DNA of 64,000 nt from the NCBI RefSeq assembly GCF_006345805.1, contig NC_042997.1, positions 120,218,001-120,282,000 on the forward strand. Direction: 5' to 3'. Position 1 is the first letter of the stretch, and every line of letters starts with the position of its first letter. Both the position numbers and the translations under genes were made by a program. The stretch comes from Octopus sinensis. Lineage: Eukaryota. The notes under the pieces are model-generated. The model was not told the origin of the DNA and did no database searches. It worked only from the letters and a program-made list of their open reading frames with translations. This document shows positions 12,960 to 26,566 of the stretch, piece after piece.

Positions 12960-14578
12960 GATATTATTCATAGCTACTGGTGGATATCAGCAATTGCATT
13001 CCTAACAAAATATATAGTTTTCCTCTATCCCACAACTTCTTGGTTTCAAGTTCAATGCTACTGCACAGTTCTTTGAACAGTTTTCATCTACCATAACCAT
13101 AGTTCAACATCATCTTTGTCAGTGAAATTTAGTTGAGTCTACGTAAATTTACCTGTAGTAGCTTTACTTTGTCACCCTGTTTAACTGCTCTTTGGATACG
13201 TTTGCAGAATCCATTCTACTGTAAATATTTGAGCCTCATCTAAAGCTGGCTTATATCATCCTCCCATCACCTCCATCTCAGATGCCAAGCTAAGCAGTTA
13301 TCGGGAACGTCCATCTCCCTCGGGCTATGTAGTATTCTTTTCAGATACTTGTTTTAAAACAGTATTTTTAACTAGTGTATTCATATAGAAAATTCTACGA
13401 TGCCACTCTGTCACCTGTTCAAAAGCACAGCAACCAATTTCTATTTTGCAACCTCAAGAATCGCGTTTAGTATTACAACAACCTTTAAGATAAATCGTTA
13501 TTTGTATCAATAATCATTTCGACAATATATAAGTAGAATACGTTCGATCACTTATAACCCAGAAATATCGTTTTAAAGGAATCCTTTTCTAGCAGTATGA
13601 CTAGTATTGAAGTAACAAACTACTGTTCATTTATGACATGCATATTTTAGCGATTCTTCATTTGAGAAAATATTTCAAAAGTTAGTGAAAATAAAAGAAA
13701 TTCTGTTGATAATCTTCATAACCTTAAGGTGGTAAAGAATGGATACGGTAGGGCGCCGAACTAAATGCTTTGAATCATTTAATTTAGACTGAGATTTTCC
13801 TGTGTTTGCATCTGTGTCTTTGACTCGATACACACATCAGCTGTACACTAGAGTTAATTCACTCAAATATCCTTTATGTTTAACTTGCGGCTAGATATAT
13901 CGACATAAAAAGAAACCAATAAAACACTTGCTAAAAACTTACAAAAAGGTCACTAAAAAAAATCAATCTTATTCTTCTCCACTACAAACGAAAGCTTATA
14001 TAAATGCTTTCATGTCCTCTTACACTATTCAGTTTGATGCCTCCGCCCTTATTGATATGCAGCTGATACCAATGAATATTTCAAGAGATGAAACAGAGAG
14101 AAAATATTAAGTATCGATTCGAATATATTTTTCAGTTGATGATGTTTAAGTTGGTTAGCGGCAGGTCAGCCCAAATATAAGCAACCTATGATCAAAGGTA
14201 TTCTGATAGTGACCAGCTTTCCAGAATTACTTTTTTGCTAACATAGTGTATCTAGAGTTACATCGTTTACAGCGTCTTTCCTTTTCCTACAATGGCAGGG
14301 ATAATAGGTTTCTATCTCCCTCAGGTTCGATGCACAGGTGATTCATTAGAATTGGGGAACGGATACATACACACAGAGAGTAACATATACACGCATGTAC
14401 TTATGTATGTATACACGCATACACATGTGTATATCGATATATATGTAGGTACACGTGTGTGTAATAAAAAAGTTCATCTTAGACGTTACAGCCCAGCTGG
14501 GTGATATAACTTTCCATATGAATACAAAATCATTTCCAGTACTTTCACACAAAAATTTTATTTTAATACTTTTATATT

Positions 14579-14616
14579 TATTATCATTATTATTATTATT
14601 ATCATTATTATTATTA

Positions 14617-14665
<49 letters not shown>

Positions 14666-14727
14666 GTTGTTGTTGTTGTTGTTGTTGTTGTCGTCCTTGT
14701 TGTTATTTTTTTTTTATTATTATTATA
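14579..14727. repeat. (ATT)n-(GTT)n trinucleotide tract
   Basis: Directly visible; produces the poly-Tyr/poly-Cys runs in ORF 14455. Confidence 0.95.
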
Positions 14728-14940
14728 TGGTTGACTTTTGATTTATATTTGTACAAGTTGACTCCAAGTCCCCCCCCAGGGACCTCAATGGACAACAAGT
14801 TAGAAGTTCAAGTTGGTGATATACCTAGGGAGCCAAATATTTGGTTTTACATAAAGTATTGTTCTAGAGAATATTTAAGAAAACAACAAGCTTATAAGTT
14901 TGTTTTGGAATTTGAGCACTATCTGTTGAATGTCTGATTG
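14728..14940 (-). mobile_element. 5'-truncated non-LTR retrotransposon 3' end (possibly R4/Dong-like) with (AAT)n tail
   Basis: Minus strand GACATTCAACAGATAGTGCTC (DIQQIVL, similar to the xIQKIVL motif near the end of R4/Dong-type ORFs) followed by a UTR-like stretch ending directly in (ATA)n. Clade assignment is from recall only. Confidence 0.4.
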
Positions 14941-14952
14941 TTGATGTTGTTA

Positions 14953-15035
<83 letters not shown>

Positions 15036-15678
15036 CTTTTTTTGTTACAAGAGATAAATCCGATTTAGTCTACCGCAACATTTCCCTGGCACAAAGGTTA
15101 TCGAGTTATCAAAGACAAAGTCAACCCTACTAGTTTGTAAACACAGAAAACAAAGACGCCTGCATAAACACTGTAAAACATTGTATCTTCTCTGACAGCC
15201 TTTAAACTAAATCTTAATATGATATCATCAGGTTCGTGATAGAGTATTAAATATCGAACATTCAAACTGAATTACATACATGAATAACAACTGCAAATTA
15301 GACTTGTTTACATTTAATTGTGAATCGCAAATATTTCGTAGTGCATTTATGTGCCTGCGTGCCTATTTGTCTGCACGTTTGTATTCTGCGTGTGCGTTTG
15401 TATATATAGATATATTTATTTATATATATGTATGTATGTATGTACGTATGTATGTACGTGCGTACATTTCTTGATAAACATCTATTGATTAATATTTTTT
15501 ACATGAATAAAGAAATGCTTTTTTTTTTGTGTTATGAATTCTCGTACAAAAGCCAGTTCGATATGCGGGTTTCTTTTATATACATATATATATATACATG
15601 CATTCATACCTATACACATACATTCATACATACATACATGCATACATGCATACATACATACATACATACATACATACA

Positions 15679-15716
<38 letters not shown>

Positions 15717-16229
15717 TATGCATGTATATATATACACACAAATATATATATATGAATATATACATATGTGTGTGTATATATATATATATACGTACGTTTT
15801 ATGTGTTTGTGTGCATTTGCACATATGAATAGTAAATTCTCGTTAAAGCTTTATGAAAAAAAATCGACCATCAATCATTTTCCTAAAGTTTAATAGCATT
15901 TAAACTTATTCGATAGAATGAATTAATAATACTCGTTAATCATGACATTATAGTTTATTTTCAGCGTTTGGATATGTTTTAAAAAGAGTTCATTACGACT
16001 TAGACCCGAAGTCTCGTTTGAAATTTTTCTTAAACCGTCAATCCACCGATAAACATCCTCTCTTCAACTAGAAATATTTCTTTTCTTGCGTGTGGGTTGA
16101 TCTAAATACGTATATGTCATCACGCATGCATGTATATATTTATGTACTTATATATATATATATATATATATCTATATATATATATATATATTATATATAT
16201 ATATATATACATGTATGTATGTACTTTCG

Positions 16230-16264
<35 letters not shown>

Positions 16265-16344
16265 TGTGAGTGTGTGTGAGTGCGTGTGTATTGTGTATGT
16301 GTATATAAGTGTTTACGCACGTCTATGAGCATATTATTATATAC

Positions 16345-16407
<63 letters not shown>

Positions 16408-16614
16408 TGTATGTATGTTTGCAATCTTTGTGTCAACTCAGACAGACAGATACACACACACCATGAGATATTTGCCTTTTCGTCACCGGAAGTTAATATC
16501 ATAGGTTTTGTTCTTGGAAAGTGTCAGTGTTCATATCCCCGCAGAAATATTAGGGTAATAAATATTGAGTGTTGTAAATATTGAGATAACTACATAGCAC
16601 TTATGCACATAATA

Positions 16615-16736
<122 letters not shown>

Positions 16737-17260
16737 GCAGTACCAGGCAGAGGCTCTCATGGCTTCTGATCTTAACTGATTGGAAGTGTTATCATGTACA
16801 TTGTTCTGTCTTGGTATAAAAGATGGACTACAGCAAATATTCTGCTCAATGCCACAGATTTGCTTGTCAGTTGTTTGACCTTAACCAGTTGAGCATGTCC
16901 CTTAGTGGCTGACGATATGTGCATCTCTGATCAGGAGCAGAAGTAGTGGGGGAGCATCATAGCCATGTGTTGAGAGGGATTTAAACAACCCTTATTCAGG
17001 GACCGTTTGAGAGGGATGGGCTACTCAACCTGAATAAAATTCTAACTGGGCCCCACCTGCAAGGTCATGTGCAGTTTATCTTGATATGAGATCACCATGC
17101 CGCGCACATATGGTTGTGATGCATGTGCCTGGTGTGCCCTTATCAGACGGGTAGTCATGATGGGCATATTGGGCTTCGTATATTTTACCCCAGTGTCACT
17201 TTGATGGCATGAACTGCTCTCACACTCAATAATAATAATAATAACAATAATAACAATTTA
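16737..17260 (+). mobile_element. Probable LINE 3'-UTR fragment ending in (AAT)n
   Basis: GC-balanced block with sharp edges and no ORF, ending CTGCTCTCACACTCAATAATAATAAT (a retro-type simple-repeat tail). Confidence 0.5.
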
Positions 17261-18205
17261 ATGAATAAAGCTGTTTGTTTGAAAGGCTTAAAAATGATTG
17301 AAATCATTTGATAGAGTTGAAAGCTATTGCGGGTGAGTGATAAGTGCTGAGTGTTTAATGGTGGCGTTGAGCACAACATGGTGAGAAAACGCTAAATATT
17401 GGAACATGAATGACTGTGTACGGTTTGCATGAAGTCAACCAGGTACAGAATCAGAGAATCGGTACCAGACAGGATTGCAGCATGGTCGGTCTACAGTGAA
17501 AGTAAACCTGAATAAGTGAATATAATAGGGACAGAAGAACTAGAGAGCAATTACAGAATTAACAGGAACCATAAAAAATTAGATCCCACTTAGAATCTCT
17601 TTCTCTGATTATTGCTTGGAAACGTTTAATGATATATTAGTTTCAAATTCAGGGAATTATTATCATGGTATAAAAGCCAGAGAGATCTAACAATGTCCTT
17701 GAGGACCAGAGAATGGAGCCTCTCTGGTGTGACAGTGCGTAATTCGATCACAATTCGTCGAGCAGCTCTTGTCTGGATACGGCAAGTTAATACGTGTATG
17801 ATTATAAAAGCAGTTGAAAAGTTACAGATGATGTAAAATGTTCCACCCGTGAACTTCCCCTCTTATTTCGTACCAAAAACGTCTTCCTACCATGATTGAG
17901 CAAGTTGCTACGCTGTAATTTGACAGATGATTAACTGCTGTCTCATGTAGAGGATGTAACCACGCATGCTCACTTGCATTACTAGGAAACGTAATCTCGT
18001 TTACGTATATTTTTAGTATAGCACGTGACACTAACGTAAGAAACATCTGTTAAGATTTTGTTGAAAACATATTTCAACGGATATAAATTGATAGAAATGA
18101 TCACACTGAAAAGATTTCAGTGAATTCTCTTTGTGAAGTGATGAAATAACATAAGGATTTACCACTTCAGAATGTAGAGTAACAGCAAAGTTCTCAAATG
18201 GAATC

Positions 18206-18536
18206 GAGACCCCCTTCGGTCATGAATGACCATGGGATTGCACCTACAAAGTTACAGGCACAAGTCCGAGCAAGGTTGTTTATGGAAGACCAGCAGTCGC
18301 CCATGCATACCGGCCTCCCCTCTCCACACCACCAGTGATATCCAAGGGAAAGGCAAAGTCCGATACAGCTTGGCACCAGTGACGTCGCAACTCATTTCTA
18401 CAGCTGAGTGAACTGAAGCAACGTTAAATATAGTGTCTTTCTCAAGAAAACAACACGCAGCCCAGTCCGGGAATAGAACTCATAACCTCACGATCGTAAG
18501 CTCGACGCTCTAGCCACTGAGCCATGTGCCTTCACA
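18206..18536 (-). mobile_element. Full-length tRNA-derived SINE family E
   Basis: Minus strand TGTGAAGGCACATGGCTCAGTGGCTAGAGCG (A box) and GAGTTCTATTCCC (B box). A short GGAAT direct repeat flanks both sides. Confidence 0.88.
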
Positions 18537-19021
18537 GGAATATATATTAAACAAAGGTAGAAAATCACATCCAAAGAGTACATTTGCAAGAGCCAGTTTT
18601 CTAAGAAGTATAATTCATTTCAATACAAATATCAGAATTATAAATATATTTCTACAATAACATGACACCAAGCCATAACAAAATAGACAACATGAATTAT
18701 TCCCAAACATATGGTGCATGGAGATCAATGGGCAATTAATCATTTTCTGTTATAGTCACAAGTTAATCAATGTCATTATCAATGAGATTTCGTTGAGAGA
18801 AATTGTGTCTAACTATTTGCCAGAACTAAAAAGTTAATGAATTGGTAACAGGGAGTATCGTATCTAGTGAAAGAAATTAGGGCAAGTGAATATAATAATA
18901 CAGATAGAGGAACTAGAGATCAATTACAGAATTAACAGGAACGAAGAGAAGTTAGATCCCATTTACAATTTTTATGACTGATAATTATCAGTCAAAACAA
19001 TTGATTAGAATCAGTTGAAAA

Positions 19022-19225
19022 TATTGGCAAAAGGCCAGCAACTTTGGTGTGTGGGCTAAAATGGATTATATGGGCTCCATTACTGAACTGGTACTTATTT
19101 TATCGATCCCAAAAGGTGATAAGATAAAGTCGGCATCGGCGGAATTTTACTACAGGCTGTAAAAGCAAAATGTCACTATGCATTTTTGTCCGGCGCGGGA
19201 ACGACTTTACCAGTTTGCTGTCTTA
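19022..19225 (-). mobile_element. Old SINE family B-related copy
   Basis: ACTGGTACTTATTTTATCGATCCCAAAAGG..AAAGTCGGCATCGGCGGAATTT matches the reverse complement of the family-B core. Confidence 0.65.
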
Positions 19226-21024
19226 AAGATCAATTTATTATCTAAGTAAGGATATTTGTTCTGCAATAACATGACGCCATTTTAAACATTCAAATAACAT
19301 CTAGAAACTTCGAGAACTTACGCTCTATATTTCAAAAGGTAGATGAGTGAGATAGGTGGGGGGAAGTGGTGGGATACTCTTAAAAATAAGTTACTTGAAG
19401 GCATGTTTTTAAATCGCCACCAGAATAGGTTTCACTTTCACGTCTTAAATTAGTCATAGTCAATTATATATAATCAGTTTTAAACATTTATAGGTCATCT
19501 TTTATGCATTTGTAAATCAACAAGAATTATTCACAAACTTTTGGTACGAGGAGCTCCTTGGGTACTTAATTTTTTTTCTGCTTTAACCATGAGTTAATCA
19601 ATGTCATACGAATGGGATTTTGATTGGAGAAATTGCGTAAATAATTACACTCCAGCGTATTTTGAATCTGGTGAAAGTAAATTAGAGTAAGGGAATATAA
19701 TAATATGAATATAAATATTAAAGAATCCAAAGCTTATATGAAAATTGTAAATATAACTGTGACATCTGTATAAGGTATTACTCCATTACAGCTTGAACCA
19801 GCTTTAATTTCAAAAGGGAAATACTGTAATGCCTCAATTTATGAGGACACACTTTGTGAGATCCCACATTTACGAGTTTTATTTTTCAAGCACAAGTTCC
19901 AAATTTTGAACGAAGTGCAAAAGTTTCTACTACCATTACAAATGCTTTTGCGTGTCACTGAGAAATTTATCGAGAGTGAAAGAAAGCCTCCTATAAGCAA
20001 ACAACTCTAGATTTATTTTTTTAAAAATAAATCTACAAGGCCCTCTATGAGTGTTTGTGAATCGGTGATCGCGTCTCCAAGTAATGGTGTGCGTGAGTGT
20101 AGTGCGAGTGAAGGTGATTCAGAAAGTGGTTATGATAATAATAATATTTTCTATTATAAATAACCTTGATATTCATTATACTTTACGTAAAATATTATTT
20201 ACATTCTACTGTTGTTTTATTGCCATCTATTTACAAGCATTATGAATTTTACAGGTAAAATATTTTTCTTGGAACGAATTACAATTTATAACGTTGCTAC
20301 CATGGGAAACAATTGCTCTACTTTAAGAGTGTTCGTTTTTTGAGCTGTCTCCTGGAACAAATTAACTTGTACATCGAGGCATTATATAATATTATTTTCT
20401 TATTTTGCCTCGTGTTGACTCAAATCTCAGAAATTATTAATCGAAGGCATTCAAGTTGTAACTATTTTATCTCTCACTTAAAACATAATTCATCTCTGAT
20501 AACATTATCTAAAGTGTCTATTAGTAGGGGTAATTACAAATAACAGATGTGGCTACTAATTTTAGCATAGAAGATTATTATAAAGACCTTTGCAATTTCG
20601 CATAGTATAATGGAAAATATCTTTAAGGTAGATAAAAGCTCACCAAGCTATTATATATATATATATATAAATATAGAAACACAAGAACAATGAGGCCACA
20701 AGCACGAGAATGTTTACACTCACTGAAATCATGAAATATGAAACCGTTTTGTCAGCAGTAACGATGAGTGCTAAAACAATTCTGTTACACACTGTATCTA
20801 AAGACGGGCAGTAAATAAAAGGAAATAGCTTACCTACAGATAAAAATTAGTACAGATTATTTTGAAATAGACTTTTCAGAAGATTAGCCGATATATTTTA
20901 GAGAAGGATTAGTGTTTCAAGGGCATTAATAAGCGATAATAGAATGAAGTTTGCTGAAGAGTGTATTTTAAATATATAAGTAGTTTCTAATACTACTATC
21001 TATGTACTCTAATTATACTAAATA

Positions 21025-21245
21025 AGAATGCGTTCAAATTTTGGACCCTGCCCAGCAATTTTATGGGTTGTGAAAATCGATTGTTTGCACCGCACCTGTC
21101 AACTTGTACTTAATTCTTCGATACCAAAATTAGGAAGGGTCAAAGTTCTCTTCTGTAATATTTGAAGTTGGGAAGTAAAACAACCGGAAGAGATGCAGGT
21201 AAGCATTCGGTCAAATGTGCTTACGATTTTGTCAACACGTCACAT
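21025..21245 (-). mobile_element. Very old SINE family B-related copy
   Basis: Patchy match (GTACTTAATTCTTCGATACCAAAA..GTCAAAGT..TAAGCATTCGGTC). Confidence 0.4.
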
Positions 21246-21555
21246 AAAATCTCGTAAAACATCGTTTACTCTCAGGACAACTCACTGAATATTCTCCAAT
21301 GTTTTCAGGGGTGTGAAACAATATTTGTGATACGTTTAACTTCTGCAAATATATAAAATCATTTAACAAACACATTTTCAACCTCAATACTAAAGATTTG
21401 GGAACAAAAAAAAAGGTAGAATGAAAGTATATGCTTTTATATCAGCTTTAAACTTGATATCTTTCTCTTTTTTTGTTTTTTCAGATAAAATAATATTTAG
21501 AATAATAAATCTACTAAACCTAGTGAATGAACTATCCTAAAGTATCTGAGAGATA

Positions 21556-21641
21556 CAGTTCTATATTTAAGAGATGAGGAATTATGTACATTATGTACAT
21601 TTGAAGGATATTTATCCTCATCTTTCTTATTGTTAATATAT
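21556..21641 (-). mobile_element. Inverted 3'-tail fragment of SINE family F
   Basis: Minus strand ATATTAACAATAAGAAAGATGAGGATAAATATCCTTCAAATGTA aligns with GTGTTAACAACAAACAAGATGAGGATAAATATCCGTCAATTGTA in the 34896-35214 copy. Confidence 0.8.
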
Positions 21642-21881
21642 GGCATATGGCATAGTGGTTAAGAGCACGGGCTACTAACCCCAAGGTTCCGAATTCGATT
21701 CCAGGCAGTGATGCGCTGAATAATAATAATAATAATGATAATAATAATAATAATAACATCAAAAAATAACTTAGGAGTGAGATCCCAGGTTCGAAATTTC
21801 CCCAAGACACCTGATGAAGGCATTGTGGGTATATCAGCCGAAATGTTTTTTAACAAACAATATGTAAATAATGTAAATAAT
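21642..21881 (+). mobile_element. tRNA-derived SINE family F carrying a hammerhead motif
   Basis: GGCATATGGCATAGTGGTTAAGAGC (A box), GAATTCGATTCC (B box), an (AAT)n linker, then GACAC-CTGATGA..GCC-GAAA at 21806-21852. The 14-bp direct repeat GTATCTGAGAGATA lies at 21542-21555 and 21882-21895. Confidence 0.9.
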
Positions 21882-22465
21882 GTATCTGAGAGATATCTGT
21901 GTAAAAACTCAAAAGAGATTTAATCATATCCCAACTTATCCAAATACATATGGTATCAGAGGATGAATAAAATTGACTGAGCCCTTTTCTATCTCTATGC
22001 AACAAAAGTAACATCTACTCATATCTTTACGTCTACACAAATCTACACTGGATAGGAAACATTATAATATTGATACTAAATCTATCACAAAACTAACAAC
22101 AATATCGAATAGCAATTTTCTACGTATTCCACGAATCTTGTTATCAACTTCATATTTATAAATCCACCCCAGATACACAATTTTCTAAATAGAATACGCT
22201 CTTACCTATTACATTAAACTTCAGCAAAATCAAATCACTACCATCACTGCACTAAATGTCAACATCATCTCAACTTTTGTATACAATTCAAAAGATTCTA
22301 AATCCCGCATTAAACCTAAAGCGAATCACCGCTGGTGAAATAAACTGTAATACACAGAAAGTTTATAAAGTCCTTAATGATAAAATTTTAGGATCCGTTC
22401 CCCCCTAATATGATTTTTTTTTTTTTGCTTTTTATACGTAGATAACTTTCCATTTTCATAAACCT

Positions 22466-22662
22466 ACTCTTTTACTCTTTTACTCGTTTCAGTCATTTGA
22501 CTGCGCCCATGCTGGGGCACCGCCTTTTAGTCTAGCAAATCGACCCCAAGATCTATTCTTTGGAAGCCTAGTACTTATTCTATCGGGCTCTTTTACCAAA
22601 CCGCTAAGTTACGGGGACGTAAACACACCAGCATCAGTTGTCAAGCGATATTGGGAGGACAA

Positions 22663-22715
<53 letters not shown>

Positions 22716-22870
22716 CGACGGATTTCTTTCAGTTTTCGTCTACCATATCCACTCACAAGGCTTTGGTCGGCTCGAGGCTATAGTAGAAGACACTTTCCCA
22801 AGGTGCCACGCAGTGGGAATGAACCCGGAACCATGTGGTTGGTAAACAACCTACTTACCACACAGCCACA
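22466..22870 (-). mobile_element. Near full-length SINE family A
   Basis: Reverse complement of the 50261-50690 element, with a (CA)n(TA)n centre and (ACTCTTTT)n tail. Confidence 0.92.
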
Positions 22871-23904
22871 TTATTTATCTAGCTTGGCAAAGGAACAGAC
22901 GCGTGATTGGTCTAGAACTTCTTTAACAAAATGTGAAAACTGATTCATAATGATGCATACGCTCTTTCGGAAATATTACAGATTTGATGCTTGATCACCC
23001 TCTAAGTATAATCAAAATATATAGTCCAAAAGCCGTCCAGCTGGTTGTTAGCCTCGGGAAATGCATAGGAATGACAAAAAAAAAATGAAACAGACTTGCC
23101 TGTAGATTTCACAATGCACAATATTCTTTACATGTGACTAGCAACATTTCGAATCTTCATAATTAAACTAGATTCATTGAATTTATGCGAACATTCAGTT
23201 TCTCAGAAAATGTCAACACAAAATACAATGAAATGTTGTCATATATACACAGCACGGGTGACATCGTTTTTCAACACATAGATAACAATAATGTACTAAT
23301 TATCGGTATGAAAACACAAATAATTATAATGCTGTACACAAACTACCTGAAAGATCTATATTTCACCGATGAAGAAATGGAGCTGAAGGTGCAGCCGATA
23401 GGAAATGAGTTTATCATCATATTTATTTGACACTGCAAATGTTATACACCTCCATTTTGGTAAGGACAACTGTAACTTACACATAAAGATCGATATAGGT
23501 ATAAAATACATGTATATATAATATTTAGAATGTCTGCACAAATGTGGAACGGTACCAGCTGTCAAGGAAACTTCTTTTTGAGATTTAGAATTTGAAAACA
23601 TAATGACCTGTATTTTTAACACATTCATGATTTTGAGAATTTTTCTGAAAACAAAGTATTAATTCTAGTGCTGTTCTACCTGTGTGTGAATGTTATACAC
23701 AACGGTATGTTAACCTAAGGTTGATTAAAATGCGTATATTAAACAAGGGTATGTCCCATCAAATTAAAACAATAAGTGTCTTCACAGAAATATTAGTCTT
23801 TAACATTATTGTAAAGCTTCAATGGTTTTCATATTTTTGATAACCGTGAAAATGTATGTTAATTTTGAAAACTTCTGTTAACCATAAAAATCTTCGTATT
23901 ACAA

Positions 23905-24008
23905 AATCCCGAAATGATGGAGCGCAAAATTAATCTCGGCGGGATTTTAAACATAAATATCTCTAAGCATTTTTCCCGAGATAAAGATTCTGCTACACTG
24001 CCGCCTTA
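23905..24008 (-). mobile_element. Old SINE family B head fragment
   Basis: AAAATTAATCTCGGCGGGATTT..TAAGCATTTTTCCCG..GATTCTGCTACACTGCCGCCTT. Confidence 0.55.
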
Positions 24009-26138
24009 TACTTGGATGTAATATTAGCATCATTCACACTACATCCTTCTCTTCCTCACCACCATCATCTTTCTCAAATGCATCAACATCAACATTAATA
24101 TTTCGAGTGATGTTGTGGAGTATTCCATTCCAATACACTCTTAATACTACACGATTTAAAGTTATATATCTAGGTTTAATACAGAAAACTTACATTTGAA
24201 ATATTTTGGGAAATGAGGACAAAAAACAAATCGAATGCAAATATTTTCGATAAGTTTCTAATAACGTTCAAAATGTATATTGTAATTGAAAATGAAAGCA
24301 ACGTTAAATGACATAAACTCTTGTAAATACGAAGTGATGAATATAGATATCTATAATTATATTATTTCTTCAAAGAAGCAGAAAAAATGGTAGAGGCTTC
24401 AAACATGTCGAATAATAGTTGAATGGCCGTATAATCCATGTTATTATCGTAATTCATCACGATAAAATTATGATTAAAAATGGCCGCCGAATTTTGTTTT
24501 CTTTTTCTCGGCAGCTTCAAACACAAGCTTTGAAAATCATCAAAAGTTTAATCCAAAAGATATGGTAGTTGTAATGTATAGATCAAAATCTAGAAATTCG
24601 AGGTTAATGTTTCCTCTCTGGCAGCTTGTTTGAGTTTTACGCGCACATATGTTGATTGATTCACTTAGTTCAACTTTTATACGGTGAACATGGATTTATA
24701 TATTAGCTATAATGATGTAATATAATATCATACAATGTCAAGAGGTCATAATACATGAGTTAGTCTCAAGCGCAAAACACGCCCATATATATTCTCAGAG
24801 TCGGATTCGTTTCCGAATTGACCTTTCGGAAAGAAAACCAAGTGGTATGAGGTGTTTAGGTTTGTTTATTTGTTGCCAATCTTCGATATTATATTTCAAA
24901 TATATCAAATTAATTTGAAGTCATGGGATAAAGTCTATAATGCATGAAATACTGATATCGCACATACGTTTAATTGCCCTGCTATTGATATAAATCACAA
25001 GTTATATAATTGTGGAATTACAAAGATTCCTTTACGATACTCCAAATACAAGCACCGTTTCTTGTCGGAAAATAATATTGATTTTTACCGTTAAACTGGA
25101 CACTAGCGTATCTTATGAACTCAGACACACTGAAAAAACTTACTTCCTTTACATAATTTTCTTTTCTCAAACTAAAAGACAGCATTTATGAAAGTTCAAT
25201 ATACCTTTTAGCAAATTGAGGTTTCAATTTTATTACCATTATTGAAAATTTCAATTACAGGAAATAACTTTAATTCAATGCGTGAGAGCGTTTTTTTTTA
25301 ACACTGCAAGATAACCTTCCTGTTTTTTTTTTTTTCGTCTTATCTTACATGTCATAACACTATTTCTACAGACGTAACAATAAAATTAATTCTTCAAACT
25401 TAATCCAGCTTCAGCTAAATGATGTTGATAGCAGTATCATTTCGTATTTATTGGGTGCTTTTGAATGTGTAATTATTATCTATGAGATACCTGAAAACCA
25501 CCCGGAGGGTATTTTTCTGCTATTTGCTAAATAATAACATAAAAATGACATTATGGTCACGGCTTAAATAAATGTGAATCTACGACTTTTGTGTGTGGAC
25601 CTAATGTTATACAACAAACACTACAAATATCTCAACAACATCGGAAACATTCAGAACGTTGCATAGAAAACAAGAGACTATAATCGATTAAAGGAGAAAA
25701 AATTACAAATATTTTATAGATAAGGAAGTTCTATTTCTAGCGAGTGGTTTATTTTGATTTAGTTTGACTGCAGTTCTTAGTGGGATTCATATCTGCCTTA
25801 ACAATTTCCCTTTTAAACGAAAGAGAGCACTTCTAGCACCTTATATTTTCCGTATCTGCTGAGAAGGGAAAGGAATGTCTGCTTGCTGGAAACAAAGTCG
25901 AAATGCTTCACAAAAAATTGAAGTTTTACAAAAGCCTCCAAAATCCCCCGTTTTTTTTTTTTGTTGATGTTTGAAATTGGCAAGAAGTTTAGTTTATCAT
26001 GCTAGTGAATATTCTGTAAGACGGTGCAGTAAAAGAGATATGAACAAGAAAAGAAGTATACGAGGAGGGGCTGAAAATTTCCTGGTTTAGGTTCAGGGAA
26101 AATACAGGAGAATCAGTTAATTATGATTTTTATATTCT

Positions 26139-26214
26139 TGTATGTATGTATGTATGTATGTATGTATGTATGTATGTATGTATGTATGTATGTATGTATG
26201 TATGTATGTATGTA
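26139..26214. repeat. (TATG)n tetranucleotide microsatellite
   Basis: About 19 perfect units; similar tracts at 15640-15705, 37070-37140 and 63140-63306. Confidence 0.95.
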
Positions 26215-26566
26215 TACAGATATGCACACGTTTATTACAATAATAATCGAAATGAGGACAGCTTCTAATGATGCAGATGAATATATTTCGGGCGAAAAGT
26301 TCCATCTTCATAAGAGTACAGTGAAAAGAATTTGTGTCCACGTAACTTCTGGTATTTGGGTAGTCGAATACGCCATGACCCATTGCCCGGTGCTTGTGCT
26401 CGTAGCTACGTCAATTTGTGCCTATGTATATGCATATAATCTGCATAATATACAGAATTATTGTTAATCACTAGGAAGGTGATTTATATTTATGTTCAAC
26501 TGTTGACTTCGTAAACTCATATTTGTATGTACTTCATAATACTTATCATAGATATATACGTAGTTA

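Noticed and set aside
14455-14937. 160-aa ORF, the longest plus-strand ORF
   Set aside because: It consists of (ATT)n/(GTT)n repeats plus the antisense strand of a probable LINE 3' end.
26058-26115. TATACGAGGAGGGGCTGAAAATTT, resembling a mariner TIR
   Set aside because: No matching second TIR or transposase remnant was found.
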